The translations under genes were made by a program, and so were the position numbers. Positions 25,953 to 37,899 of a DNA stretch of 64,000 nt are shown one piece after another; position 1 is the stretch's first letter, and every line of letters starts with the position of its first letter. Under the pieces are notes generated by a model, which was not told where the DNA came from, made no database searches, and worked only from the letters and a program-made list of their open reading frames with translations. The stretch is from Eledone cirrhosa (taxonomy: Eukaryota): positions 35,836,001 through 35,900,000 of the forward strand of contig OZ024759.1 in assembly GCA_964016885.1 (NCBI GenBank), written 5' to 3'.

Positions 25953-26617
25953 ATATATATGTGTGTGTGTATATAAAGAGAGCAACAGATACAAAAAAGA
26001 GAAGGGGTACAAAGAGAGAGAGAGCTACAGAAGAGAGAGAAATAAAGACGGGGAGAAAGGTTATATGTTTCTTTCTTTAACACTCTCTCTCTCTCATTCT
26101 GCCGGTGTGTGTGTCTGCATGTGGTTCTCTCTGTGTGGCTCTGTATGTGTGTGCGTGTTTCTGCCGGTGTGTGTGTCTGCATGTGGTTCTCTCTGTGTGG
26201 CTCTGTATGTGTGTGCGTGTTTCTGCCGGTGTGTGTGTCTGCATGTGGTTCTCTCTGTGTGTATGTGTGTGTACTTCTCTCTCTCCCTCTTTCTACCGGC
26301 GTGAGTGTGTGTGTGTGTGTATATATATATACTTCTCTCTCTCCCCTCTCTCTACCGGTATGTGGTTCTCTCTCCCCCTCACTGTATCAACAAACCTACC
26401 TGTACGTGTACCTACCCTTCTCTTTTTACCTCTCTCTCTCTCTCTCTGCGTAAACAAACTGTGTGAGGGTGTCTCTCTCTCACTCTCACTCTCTCACTCT
26501 TTCTCTCTATATATCTCTGAAGTCGGGCAACACACACACACACACACACACACACTGACACACACACCTACAGTGGCGTAGTGAGGTAGATAATTAAATG
26601 AATAAGTTTATAATAAC

Positions 26618-26928
26618 AGAAGAAGAAGAAGTGAAAGAAGGAGGTGTGAAGAAGAAGAAGAAGAAGAAGAAGAAGAAGAAGAAGAAGAAGAAGAAGAAGA
26701 AGAGAAGGAAGAAAAAGAAGAAGAAGTGAAAGAAGGAGGTGTGAAGAAGAAGAAGAAGAAGAAGATGAGAAGGAAGAAAAAGAAGAAGAAGTGAAAGAAG
26801 GAGGTGTGAAGAAGACGAAGAAGAAGAAGAAGAAGAAGAAGAAGAAGAAGATGTGAAGGAATTAAAGAAGATGTGAAAGAGTTAAAGAAGGAGATGTGAA
26901 GGAGTTAAAGAAGGAGATGTGAAGGAGT
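26618..26928. repeat. (GAA)n-based purine tract
   Basis: Direct reading. Confidence 0.9.
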
Positions 26929-27150
26929 AACGACTAACAGCTGGTTCTAAGCAGGTTCTAACGACGTTTTCTGATGATTCAACTTTTGTAAGAATTATCT
27001 CCACCTTTTGTCATTCAACATTGTAGAAAACTAGTTTAGAGATGGAGACAGGAGAGCTGGGTAGGTGTGTGTGTGTGTCAGTGTGTCAGTGTGTGTATAT
27101 ATATATGTGTGTGTGTGTGAGTGTGCGAGTGTGTATGTATGGGGGAGGGG

Positions 27151-27184
<34 letters not shown>

Positions 27185-27193
27185 GGTAGGGGG

Positions 27194-27227
<34 letters not shown>

Positions 27228-27364
27228 AATATGTATGTGCGTGAAGGTGCATGGCTTACTGGTTAGGATGATGATGACGGTTGTGGTTGTGGTGATGGTG
27301 GTGGTGGTGGTGTGGTGATGGTGGTGGTGTGGTGATGGTGGTGGTGATGGTAGTAATGGTGGTG

Positions 27365-28164
<800 letters not shown>

Positions 28165-28167
<3 letters not shown>

Positions 28168-28247
28168 GTAACACAACAGTTAGTTCACCATACCGAGAAC
28201 AATTGTTTCACCTTCTCGGTATGGTGAACTAAATGTTGTGTTACTAC
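28165..28247. repeat. Near-perfect hairpin (35-bp arms)
   Basis: GTAGTAACACAACAGTTAGTTCACCATACCGAGAA / TTCTCGGTATGGTGAACTAAATGTTGTGTTACTAC. Confidence 0.85.
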
Positions 28248-28868
28248 TTCTACCAAACACGTCCCATGGACTGAGTGCTCTACCACTATGGATATTACCT
28301 TCCAGTGTTCTACCTTTCTCTCTCTATTTATATATATATACAATGGCGGACTGGGCAGGTTGCCAGGTTGTCCCCAGGAGGCGCACGGTAGCATTACAAG
28401 AGCCGACAGTAGCATTGCAAGATCCCACAGTAACATTTTAGTATTTTAGGGGCCAATGCTTGGCTTTCAAAAAATACCTGAAATCTAAGAGAAATAATAA
28501 CATTTTTTAAAAAAAACAATAAAACAATTAAGCAAAGCATTTGGTCCACCAATTCCCCAGGGAATTACTAGAAACCAAAATATATGATAGTCCAAATAGC
28601 GGGAATCAGTGGTTGTACGTTCTACTAAATCTAAAGCTTAGTGTATTCATTCAAGTAAACATACATATATAGACACAGACACACAAGCATATATACATAT
28701 ATATATTTATATACTTACACACAAACTACTGACCAAATAATATTTGGTGTCAATGGGTTAAAGACATCTGAGACATCTAAGAAAGGCATGAACGACACCA
28801 CAACACTTTGTTTTGAAAATTATTGAAGTAGGTTTATAAGTATAAATTTTCCGAAGATTTTTGTAATA

Positions 28869-28949
28869 GTCTCTGTAGCCTAGCGGGAAGTACTGGAGAC
28901 GGTGAAAATCCTGGGCTTGGGTTCAATCCTGGTCAAAAGAAACCTTTTT
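28869..28949 (+). ncRNA. tRNA-like Pol III cassette A, copy 1
   Basis: A box TAGCCTAGCGG at +8, B box GGTTCAATCC at +52, TTTTT terminator; cloverleaf stems degenerate. Confidence 0.55.
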
Positions 28950-28980
28950 CAGTTTTTATTTTACCCATAGGAAAAAAATG

Positions 28981-29073
28981 AAAAGTTTTACCGGGAACCC
29001 AACTCCCGACTAGAATCGAACTCCGGACCAGGATCACCACCGTCTATGATTCCTCCCACTCGACCACCGAGAC
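28981..29073 (-). ncRNA. tRNA-like Pol III cassette B, copy 1
   Basis: Minus strand GTCTCGGTGGTCGAGTGG...GAGTTCGATTC...GGGAG then TTTT; resembles tRNA-Glu outside the anticodon arm. Confidence 0.55.
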
Positions 29074-29206
29074 ATCTATATAAGTATAATGAATTTTGAT
29101 TATTATAAACCTACTTTCAAAATCAAAGTTAAAAAGATGTGCTGTCGTTCATGGCTTTCCTAGAGCTATTAGTACTATTTAGGGTCGACTTCTGGTCATT
29201 ATTGAA

Positions 29207-29397
29207 CGGTGGATTGGCAGTATCGGTAGAGGGTCGGACGCCATGCTTTCCAGCATAGTTACGTCCCTTTATGATCTGAGTTCAAGTCCCGCCGAGGTTG
29301 ACTTTGCCTTTCATCCTTAGGGGGTCGATAAAATAAAGTACCAGTAATGCACTGGGTAATTGCTGGCCTTGTGCCTAAAGTAGAAACAATTATTGAA
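29207..29397 (+). mobile_element. Near full-length SINE insertion with TSD ATTATTGAA
   Basis: ATTATTGAA at 29198-29206 and 29389-29397; the other four array units show the empty site TCATTATTGAAAGTC. Confidence 0.9.
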
Positions 29398-30193
29398 AGT
29401 CTCTGGATTTCGCAAAAATCATATTTTTTATTGGAGAAGGTAAGATATTTCCGCAAAAATTTGATTGCACTGTTTTCTTTCCACTTATCTATTTTCCGAA
29501 AATGTTATTTATTCATTATAAAAATTAAATGATAGCATTCTATATGTAGGTGGGCCCCCTTCATCTCCTGGTAACCAATATTTTTAGACCGAGTCCGCCA
29601 CTTTCTCTCTCTCTAAATAAATATATATATATATATATATATATAGGAAAAGAGTCAGGACCCCGACGGCTGAGCTCCGGCCGTTTCGACACCTAGATTT
29701 CATTGTCCCACACCCTCCTCTAATTCAGAAACGTTTCCGCTGCCCTTGATATACGGCGTATCTTGGGTATTTTAGACAAGTTGGAGTTGGAGTTTATTAT
29801 CGGTTGAGGGTCGGACGCCATGCTTTGACGCATAGAGTTACGTCCCTTTATGGTCTGAGTTCAAATCCCGTCGAGGTTAATTTTGTCTTTCATCCTTACG
29901 GGGTCGATAAAATAAAGTACCAGTAATACACTGGGATAATTGCTGGCCTTGTGTCAAAAGTAGTAGAAATGAGGTGGAACAGAAATGAAACATGGATTAC
30001 AGGTTAAAATATAGTCTAGATAGATGTGAAACAAAACGAGGATGTAGTTTATGGAACACCCAAATGATTTAGAAGTCGACCTTAAGTAGGAGCAATAACA
30101 TCTAAGAAAGGCATGAATGACACCACAACACTTTGTTTTGAAAATTATTGAAGTAGGTTTATAGGTATGAATTTTCCAAGGATTTTTGTAGTG

Positions 30194-30274
30194 GTCTCTG
30201 TAGCCTAGCGGGAAGTACTAGAGACGGTGAAGATCCTGGTCTTGGGTTCAATCCTGGTCAAGAGTAACCTTTTT
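30194..30274 (+). ncRNA. tRNA-like Pol III cassette A, copy 2 (also starting 31325, 32448, 33570)
   Basis: A and B boxes at canonical tRNA spacing, T5 terminator, TATA at 30160-30163; copy 5 has a ~10-nt internal deletion. Confidence 0.55.
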
Positions 30275-30306
30275 CAGTTTTTATTTTACCCATAGAAAAA
30301 AAAATG

Positions 30307-30391
30307 AAAAGGGAACCCAACTCCCGACTAGAATCGAACTTCAGGACAGGAGCACCACCGTCTATGATTCCTCCCACTCGGCCACCGAGAC
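30307..30391 (-). ncRNA. tRNA-like Pol III cassette B, copy 2 (also starting 31522, 32645, 33758)
   Basis: A box TGGCCGAGTGG, B box AGTTCGATTC, T4 then a longer T run, TATA at 30422-30425. Confidence 0.55.
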
Positions 30392-30745
30392 ATCTATATA
30401 AGTATAATGAATTTTGATAATTATAAACCTACTTTCAAAATCAAAGTTAAAAAGATGTGCTGTCGTTCATGGCTTTCCTAGAGCTATTAGTACTATTTAG
30501 GGTCGACTTCTGGTCATTATTGAAAGTCTCTGGATTTCGCAAAAATCATATTTTTTATTGGAGAAGGTAAGATATATTTCCGCAAAAATTTGATTGCACT
30601 ATTTTCTTTCCACTTATGTATTTTTTGAAAATGTTATTTATTCATTATAAAAATTAAATGATAGTATTCTATATGTAGGTGGGCCCCCTTCATCTCCTGG
30701 TAACCAATATTTTTAGACCGAGTCCGCCACTTTCTCTCTCTCTAA

Positions 30746-30776
<31 letters not shown>

Positions 30777-33700
30777 GGAAAAGAGTCAGGACCCCGACGG
30801 CTGAGCTCCGGCCGTTTCGACACCTAGATTTCATTGTCCCACACCCTCCTCTAATTCAGAAACGTTTCCGCTGCCCTTGATATACGGCGTATCTTGGGTA
30901 TTTTAGACAAGTTGGAGTTGGAGTTTATTATCGGTTGAGGGTCGGACGCCATGCTTTGACGCATAGAGTTACGTCCCTTTATGGTCTGAGTTCAAATCCC
31001 GTCGAGGTTAATTTTGTCTTTCATCCTTACGGGGTCGATAAAATAAAGTACCAGTAATACACTGGGATAATTGCTGGCCTTGTGTCAAAAGTAGTAGAAA
31101 TGAGGTGGAACAGAAATGAAACATGGATTACAGGTTAAAATATAGTCTAGATAGATGTGAAACAAAACGAGGATGTAGTTTATGGAACACCCAAATGATT
31201 TAGAAGTCGACCTTAAGTAGGAGCAATAACATCTAAGAAAGGCATGAATGACACCACAACACTTTGTTTTGAAAATTATTGAAGTAGGTTTATAGGTATG
31301 AATTTTCCAAGGATTTTTGTAGTGGTCTCTGTAGCCTAGCGGGAAGTACTAGAGACGGTGAAGATCCTGGTCTTGGGTTCAATCCTGGTCAAGAGTAACC
31401 TTTTTCAGTTTTTATTTTACCCATAGAAAAAAAAATGAAAAGGGAACCCAACTCCCGACTAGAATCGAACTTCAGGACAGGAGCACCACCGTCTATGATT
31501 CCTCCCACTCGGCCACCGAGACATCTATATAAGTATAATGAATTTTGATAATTATAAACCTACTTTCAAAATCAAAGTTAAAAAGATGTGCTGTCGTTCA
31601 TGGCTTTCCTAGAGCTATTAGTACTATTTAGGGTCGACTTCTGGTCATTATTGAAAGTCTCTGGATTTCGCAAAAATCATATTTTTTATTGGAGAAGGTA
31701 AGATATATTTCCGCAAAAATTTGATTGCACTATTTTCTTTCCACTTATGTATTTTTTGAAAATGTTATTTATTCATTATAAAAATTAAATGATAGTATTC
31801 TATATGTAGGTGGGCCCCCTTCATCTCCTGGTAACCAATATTTTTAGACCGAGTCCGCCACTTTCTCTCTCTCTAAATAAATATATATATATATATATAG
31901 GAAAAGAGTCAGGACCCCGACGGCTGAGCTCCGGCCGTTTCGACACCTAGATTTCATTGTCCCACACCCTCCTCTAATTCAGAAACGTTTCCGCTGCCCT
32001 TGATATACGGCGTATCTTGGGTATTTTAGACAAGTTGGAGTTGGAGTTTATTATCGGTTGAGGGTCGGACGCCATGCTTTGACGCATAGAGTTACGTCCC
32101 TTTATGGTCTGAGTTCAAATCCCGTCGAGGTTAATTTTGTCTTTCATCCTTACGGGGTCGATAAAATAAAGTACCAGTAATACACTGGAATAATTGTTGG
32201 CCTTGTGTCAAAAGTAGTAGAAATGAGGTGGAACAGAAATGAAACATGGATTACAGGTTAAAATATAGTCTAAATAGATGTGAAACAAAACGAGGATGTA
32301 GTTTATGGAAGACCCAAATGATTTAGAAGTCGACCTTAAGTAGGAGCAATAACATCTAAGAAAGGCATGAATGACACCACAACACTTTGTTTTGAAAATT
32401 ATTGAAGTAGGTTTATAGGTATGAATTTTCCAAAGATTTTTGTAGTGGTCTCTGTAGCCTAGCGGGAAGTACTAGAGACGGTGAAGAACCTGGTCTTGGG
32501 TTCAATCCTGGTCAAGAGTAACCTTTTTCAGTTTTTATTTTACCCATAGAAAAAAAAATGAAAAGGGAACCCAACTCCCGACTAGAATCGAACTTCGGAC
32601 CAGGAGCACCACCGTCTATGATTCCTCCCACTCGGCCACCGAGACATCTATATAAGTATAATGAATTTTGATAATTATAAACCTACTTTCAAAATCAAAG
32701 TTAAAAAGATGTGCTGTCGTTCATGGCTTTCCTAGAGCTATTAGTACTATTTAGGGTCGACTTCTGGTCATTATTGAAAGTCTCTGGATTTCGCAAAAAT
32801 CATATTTTTTATTGGAGAAGGTAAGATATATTTCCGCAAAAATTTGATTGCACTATTTTCTTTCCACTTATGTATTTTTTGAAAATGTTATTTATTCATT
32901 ATAAAAATTAAATGATAGTATTCTATATGTAGGTGGGCCCCCTTCATCTCCTGGTAACCAATATTTTTAGACCGAGTCCGCCACTTTCTCTCTCTCTAAA
33001 TAAATATATATATATATATATAGGAAAAGAGTCAGGACCCCGACGGCTGAGCTCCGGCCGTTTCGACACCTAGATTTCATTGTCCCACACCCTCCTCTAA
33101 TTCAGAAACGTTTCCGCTGCCCTTGATATACGGCGTATCTTGGGTATTTTAGACAAGTTGGAGTTGGAGTTTATTATCGGTTGAGGGTCGGACGCCATGC
33201 TTTGACGCATAGAGTTACGTCCCTTTATGGTCTGAGTTCAAATCCCGTCGAGGTTAATTTTGTCTTTCATCCTTACGGGGTCGATAAAATAAAGTACCAG
33301 TAATACACTGGAATAATTGTTGGCCTTGTGTCAAAAGTAGTAGAAATGAGGTGGAACAGAAATGAAACATGGATTACAGGTTAAAATATAGTCTAGATAG
33401 ATGTGAAACAAAACGAGGATGTAGTTTATGGAAGACCCAAATGATTTAGAAGTCGACCTTAAGTAGGAGCAATAACATTAAGAAAGGCATGAACGACACC
33501 ACAACACTTTGTTTTGAAAATTATTGAAGTAGGTTTATAGGTATGAATTTTCCAAAGATTTTTGTAGTGGTCTCTGTAGCCTAGCGGGAAGTACTGGAGA
33601 CGGTGTACTGGGTTCAATCCTGGTCAAGAGTAACTTTTTTTCAGTTTTTATTTTACCCATAGAAAAAAAAATGAAAAGGGAACCCAACTCCCGACTAGAA

Positions 33701-34112
33701 TCGAACTCCGGACCAGGATCACCACCGTCTATGATTCCTCCCACTCGGCCACCGAGACATCTACAATAGTATAATGAATTTTGATAATTATAAACCTACT
33801 TTCAAAATCAAAGTTAAAAAGATGTGCTGTCGTTCATGGCTTTCCTAGAGCTATTAGTACTATTTAGGGTCGACTTCTGGTCATTATTGAAAGTCTCTGG
33901 ATTTCGCAAAAATCATATTTTTTATTGGAGAAGGTAAGATATATTTCCGCAAAAATTTGATTGCACTGTTTTCTTTCCACTTATGTATTTTTTGAAAATG
34001 TTATTTATTCATTATAAAAATTAAATGATAGTATTCTATATGTAGGTGGGCCCCCTTCATCTCCTGGTAACCAATATTTTTAGACCGAGTCCGCCACTTT
34101 CTCTCTCTCTAA

Positions 34113-34151
<39 letters not shown>

Positions 34152-34490
34152 AAAAGAGTCAGGACCCCGACGGCTGAGCTCCGGCCGTTTCGACACCTAG
34201 ATTTCATTGTCCCACACCCTCCTCTAATTCAGAAACGTTTCCGCTGCCCTTGATATACGGCGTATCTTGGGTATTTTAGACAAGTTGGAGTTGGAGTTTA
34301 TTATCGGTAGAGGGTCGGACGCCATGCTTTGACGCATAGAGTTACGTCCCTTTATGGTCTGAGTTCAAATCCCGTCGAGGCTAACTTTGCCTTTCATCCT
34401 TACGGGGTCGATAAAATCAAGTACCAGTAATACACTGGGATAATTGCTGGCCTTGTGCCAAAAGTAGAAACAATTATATTTATTGACAAA

Positions 34491-34602
34491 GGGCGGTGGA
34501 TTGGCAGTATCGGTAGAGGGTCGGACGACATGCTGTGCAGCAAAGAGTTACGGCCCTTTATGAACTGAGTTCAAATCCCGCCGAGGTTAACTTTGCCTTT
34601 CA
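34491..34602 (+). mobile_element. SINE 5' part, truncated by the adjacent minisatellite
   Basis: GGGCGGTGGATTGGCAGTATCGG...GAGTTCAAATCCC...GCCTTTCA, then an abrupt switch. Confidence 0.8.
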
Positions 34603-35773
34603 CCTGCCTTTTGTTGTATGTGGTCCTAGATGTGTGTATTACCTGCTTGTGTGTTGTATGTGGTCCTAGATGTGTGTATTACCTGCTGGTGTGTTATATG
34701 TGGTCCTAGATGTGTGTATTACCTGCTTGTGTGTTGTATGTGGTCCTAGATGTGTGTATTACCTGCTTGTGTGTTGTATGTGGTCCTAGATGTGTGTATT
34801 ACCTGCTGGTGTGATATATGTGGTCCTAGATGTGTGTATTACCTGCTTGTGTGTTGTATGTGGTCATATATGTGTGTATTACCTGCTGGTGTGTTGTATG
34901 TGGTCATAGATGTGTGTATTACCTGCTTGTGTGTTGTATGTGGTCCTACTTGTGTGTATTACCTGCTGGTGTGTTATATGTGGTCCTAGATGTGTGTATT
35001 ACCTGCTGGTGTGTTGTATGTGGTCCTATATGTGTGTATTACCTGCTGGTGTGTTATATGTGGTCCTAGATGTGTGTATTACCTGCTGGTGTGTTATATG
35101 TGGTCCTATATGTGTGTATTACCTGCTGGTGTGTTATATGTGGTCCTAGATGTGTGTATTACCTGCTGGTGTGTTATATGTGGTCCTAGATGTGTGTATT
35201 ACCTGCTTGTGTGTTATATGTGGTCCTAGATATGTGTATTACCTGCTGGTGTGTTATATGTGGTCCTAGATGTGTGTATTACCTGCTGGTGTGTTATATG
35301 TGGTCATATATGTGTGTATTACCTGCTGGTGTGTTGTATGTGGTCCTAGATGTGTGTATTACCTGCTGGTGTGTTGTATGTGGTCCTAGATGTGTGTATT
35401 ACCTGCTTGTGTGTTGTATGTGGTCATAGATGTGTGTATTACCTGCTGGTGTGTTATATGTGGTCATATATGTGTGTATTACCTGCTTGTGTGTTGTATG
35501 TGGTCCTAGATGTGTGTATTACCTGCTGGTGTGTTATATGTGGTCCTAGATGTGTGTATTACCTGCTGGTGTGTTGTATGTGGTCCTAGATGTGTGTATT
35601 ACCTGCTGGTGTGTTATATGTGGTCATATATGTGTGTATTACCTGCTTGTGTGTTGTATGTGGTCCTAGATGTGTGTATTACCTGCTGGTGTGTTATATG
35701 TGGTCATATATGTGTGTATTACCTGCTTGTGTGTTGTATGTGGTCCTAGATGTGTGTATTACCTGCTGGTGTG
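34602..35773. repeat. 40-bp minisatellite (~29 copies)
   Basis: TGTGTGTATTACCTGCT[G/T]GTGTGTT[A/G]TATGTGGTC[C/A]TA[G/T]A. Confidence 0.97.
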
Positions 35774-36366
35774 TTTTTCTTTTCTTTCTTTTTCCTTTCC
35801 CTTTTTCTTTGTAATATTATGTTGACGGTTGTCTAAATAAAATCATTTAACGAAGTTTATTTATTTATTCAATGTTAACGTCCGTATAGAGCTGGTAAGC
35901 TATGACAAAGTGGGGGAAGTATCGAGTACTCCTTACACTTACAGTTGGTAATCAAAAAGAGATAATAAGACAAGTAATAAAAATAAAATAAAAAGTTTTT
36001 AAAAAAACTCAAAAACAATTGTAATAAATCATTTGTAAATTTTGTTGAGTTACGTCCAATTATAGCAGCGAGGTCAACTTTGACTTTCATTAAAGATGAA
36101 ATAAAACACGATTTAAGTAAATAGTTTTCATTTAATCCCTACATCAAAGTGGTGTAGCTTCATGCTAATGTTATGGACGGGCGGATTTTTACATAAGTCT
36201 AGATAGATTTCTGAGAATATGTCGCTTATTAGCATTAAGGAAAGATTAGAATAACGTCTTTGACATACGTAGGTACTGTTGTGGGGGGGGGGGGGGGTTT
36301 AACTGACCTCCTGCGAGGTTGCATCTTACAGGAGGTTTCTAAGGTGTTTTAATGTTGCGGGTCCAC

Positions 36367-36498
36367 AGTGAAGGCTTAGTGGTTAGAGCATTGGGCTTGC
36401 AATCAAAAGGTTGTGAGTTCAATTCTCGTACCGGGTGATGTGGTGTTTCCTTGAGCAAGACACTTTATTTCACGATGCTCCAGTTTACTCAGCTGTAA
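36367..36498 (+). mobile_element. CORE-like tRNA SINE, 3'-truncated
   Basis: GGCTTAGTGGTTAGAGC...GAGTTCAATTC...CCTTGAGCAAGACACTT...CTCAGCTGTAA. Confidence 0.75.
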
Positions 36499-36816
36499 GG
36501 ACTAGAACTGCTTCATAAGTAAGGCCTAATGGCATGCCTTCTGGTGCTATATGAAAGAATACTTGCTTCTCACACCACCAACAACAACTAGTGTCTGATA
36601 TCTTAAATACCCTTATATGCTGGTTATTTATATGATATATTAGGATATCAATATGATATGTTAGGAAATCAATATGATATGTTAAGATATCAATATATGT
36701 GAGGATATCAAGTTTATCTGTTGATGAGAGTATTATTGGCAAGTAGTTACAATGTAAATATATATAATAAGACTTATTGAATCAAAAACTTCTTTATTTT
36801 ATCACATCATATAAAG

Positions 36817-36899
<83 letters not shown>

Positions 36900-36900
36900 T

Positions 36901-37083
36901 AACAAAGAAGGTATGGTAAGAAACCAGGTGGACGATAACGTACCAGAGTACTCAATACTTAGGGTTGTAGAGTGGGTAGGAAAAGAGTCAGGACCCCGAC
37001 GGCTGAGCTCCTGCCGTACGACAGCTAGTTCTAGCTGTCGAAACAGTCGGAGATCAGCCGTCGGGGTCCTGACTCTTTTCCCA
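36901..37083. mobile_element. Hairpin-plus-tail element
   Basis: Hairpin 36979-37081; TA flanks. Confidence 0.85.
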
Positions 37084-37533
37084 TATATATATGTGTGTGT
37101 GTGTAAATAAATAAAGTGTGCGGTGCTGAGACCAAGGAGGCCACTAATTATGTGAGTACTCAATACATGGGGAGTGGGTGTAGAGATATGTAAAATACCG
37201 ACCTCAGCACCAAGTGGTTTCGATTTGTGTGTTCACCACAGCCAAAAGCGCTTAACACCACGGTTGGGATTTTACATATGACGGGTGGAGAGATGCTGTG
37301 CTGAATAGGACGTATGATGATGATGATGATGATGATATATGTAAAAGATAAACAGAAATAACAACACAATCGGTACAGTATATGGAAGGGATATATTAGG
37401 TTAACGCTTGATATATATATATATGCCAAAAGTAAATGGAAAAAACAAAGCAAACAACACAGTACAATGAAGAAACATATAAATTTAATGCTTGATATAG
37501 TAAAAATACGCAGCTGAGTGGATGGGAAAGAAC

Positions 37534-37899
37534 TTAATAATTATACTGCTGTACCAGTCATTGGGGCATGTCCCTTAATAATTATACTGCTGTACCAGTC
37601 ATTGGGGCATGTCCCTTAATAATTATACTGCTGTACCAGTCATTGGGGCATGTCCCTTAATAATTATACTGCTGTACCAGTCATTAGGTATGTCCCTTAA
37701 TAATTATACTGCTGTACCAGTCATTGGGGCATGTCCCTTAATAATTATACTTCTGTACCAGTCATTGGGGCATGTCCCTTAATAATTATACTGCTGTACC
37801 AATCATTGAGGTATGTCCTTAATAATTATACTGCTGTACCAGTCATTAAGTATGTCCCTTAATAATTATACTGTTGTACCAGTCATTAGGTATGTCCCT
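37534..37899. repeat. 40/41-bp minisatellite (~9 copies) derived from LINE coding sequence
   Basis: TTAATAATTATACTGCTGTACCAGTCATTGGGGCATGTCCC; the last unit runs into the LINE fragment. Confidence 0.92.

Larger units (their letters stand above)
28341..29602. mobile_element. Possible hAT-like non-autonomous element enclosing fold-back copy 1
   Basis: Left end CAATGGCGGACTGG, right end CCGAGTCCGCCACT (inverted match); no clear TSD. Confidence 0.45.
30063..30518. mobile_element. 456-bp fold-back with two convergent tRNA-like cassettes (copy 2; also 31194-31649, 32317-32772, 33440-33885, truncated 28773-29200)
   Basis: Left arm AATGATTTAGAAGTCGACCTTAAGTAGGAGCAATAACATCTAAGAAAGGCATGAATGAC versus reverse complement of right arm AATGACCAGAAGTCGACCCTAAATAGTACTAATAGCTCTAGGAAAGCCATGAACGAC. 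Confidence 0.85.
28773..34466. repeat. Tandem array of five ~1.13-kb composite units
   Basis: AAGAAAGGCATGAA recurs near 28779, 30104, 31235, 32358 and 33480. Each unit is fold-back + hAT-like end + (TA)n + half hairpin element + SINE. Confidence 0.95.

Noticed and set aside
28869-33758. Ten functional tRNA genes (GTG at positions 34-36 suggests His)
   Set aside because: Acceptor, D, anticodon and T stems pair poorly and U33 is absent; kept only as tRNA-like Pol III cassettes.
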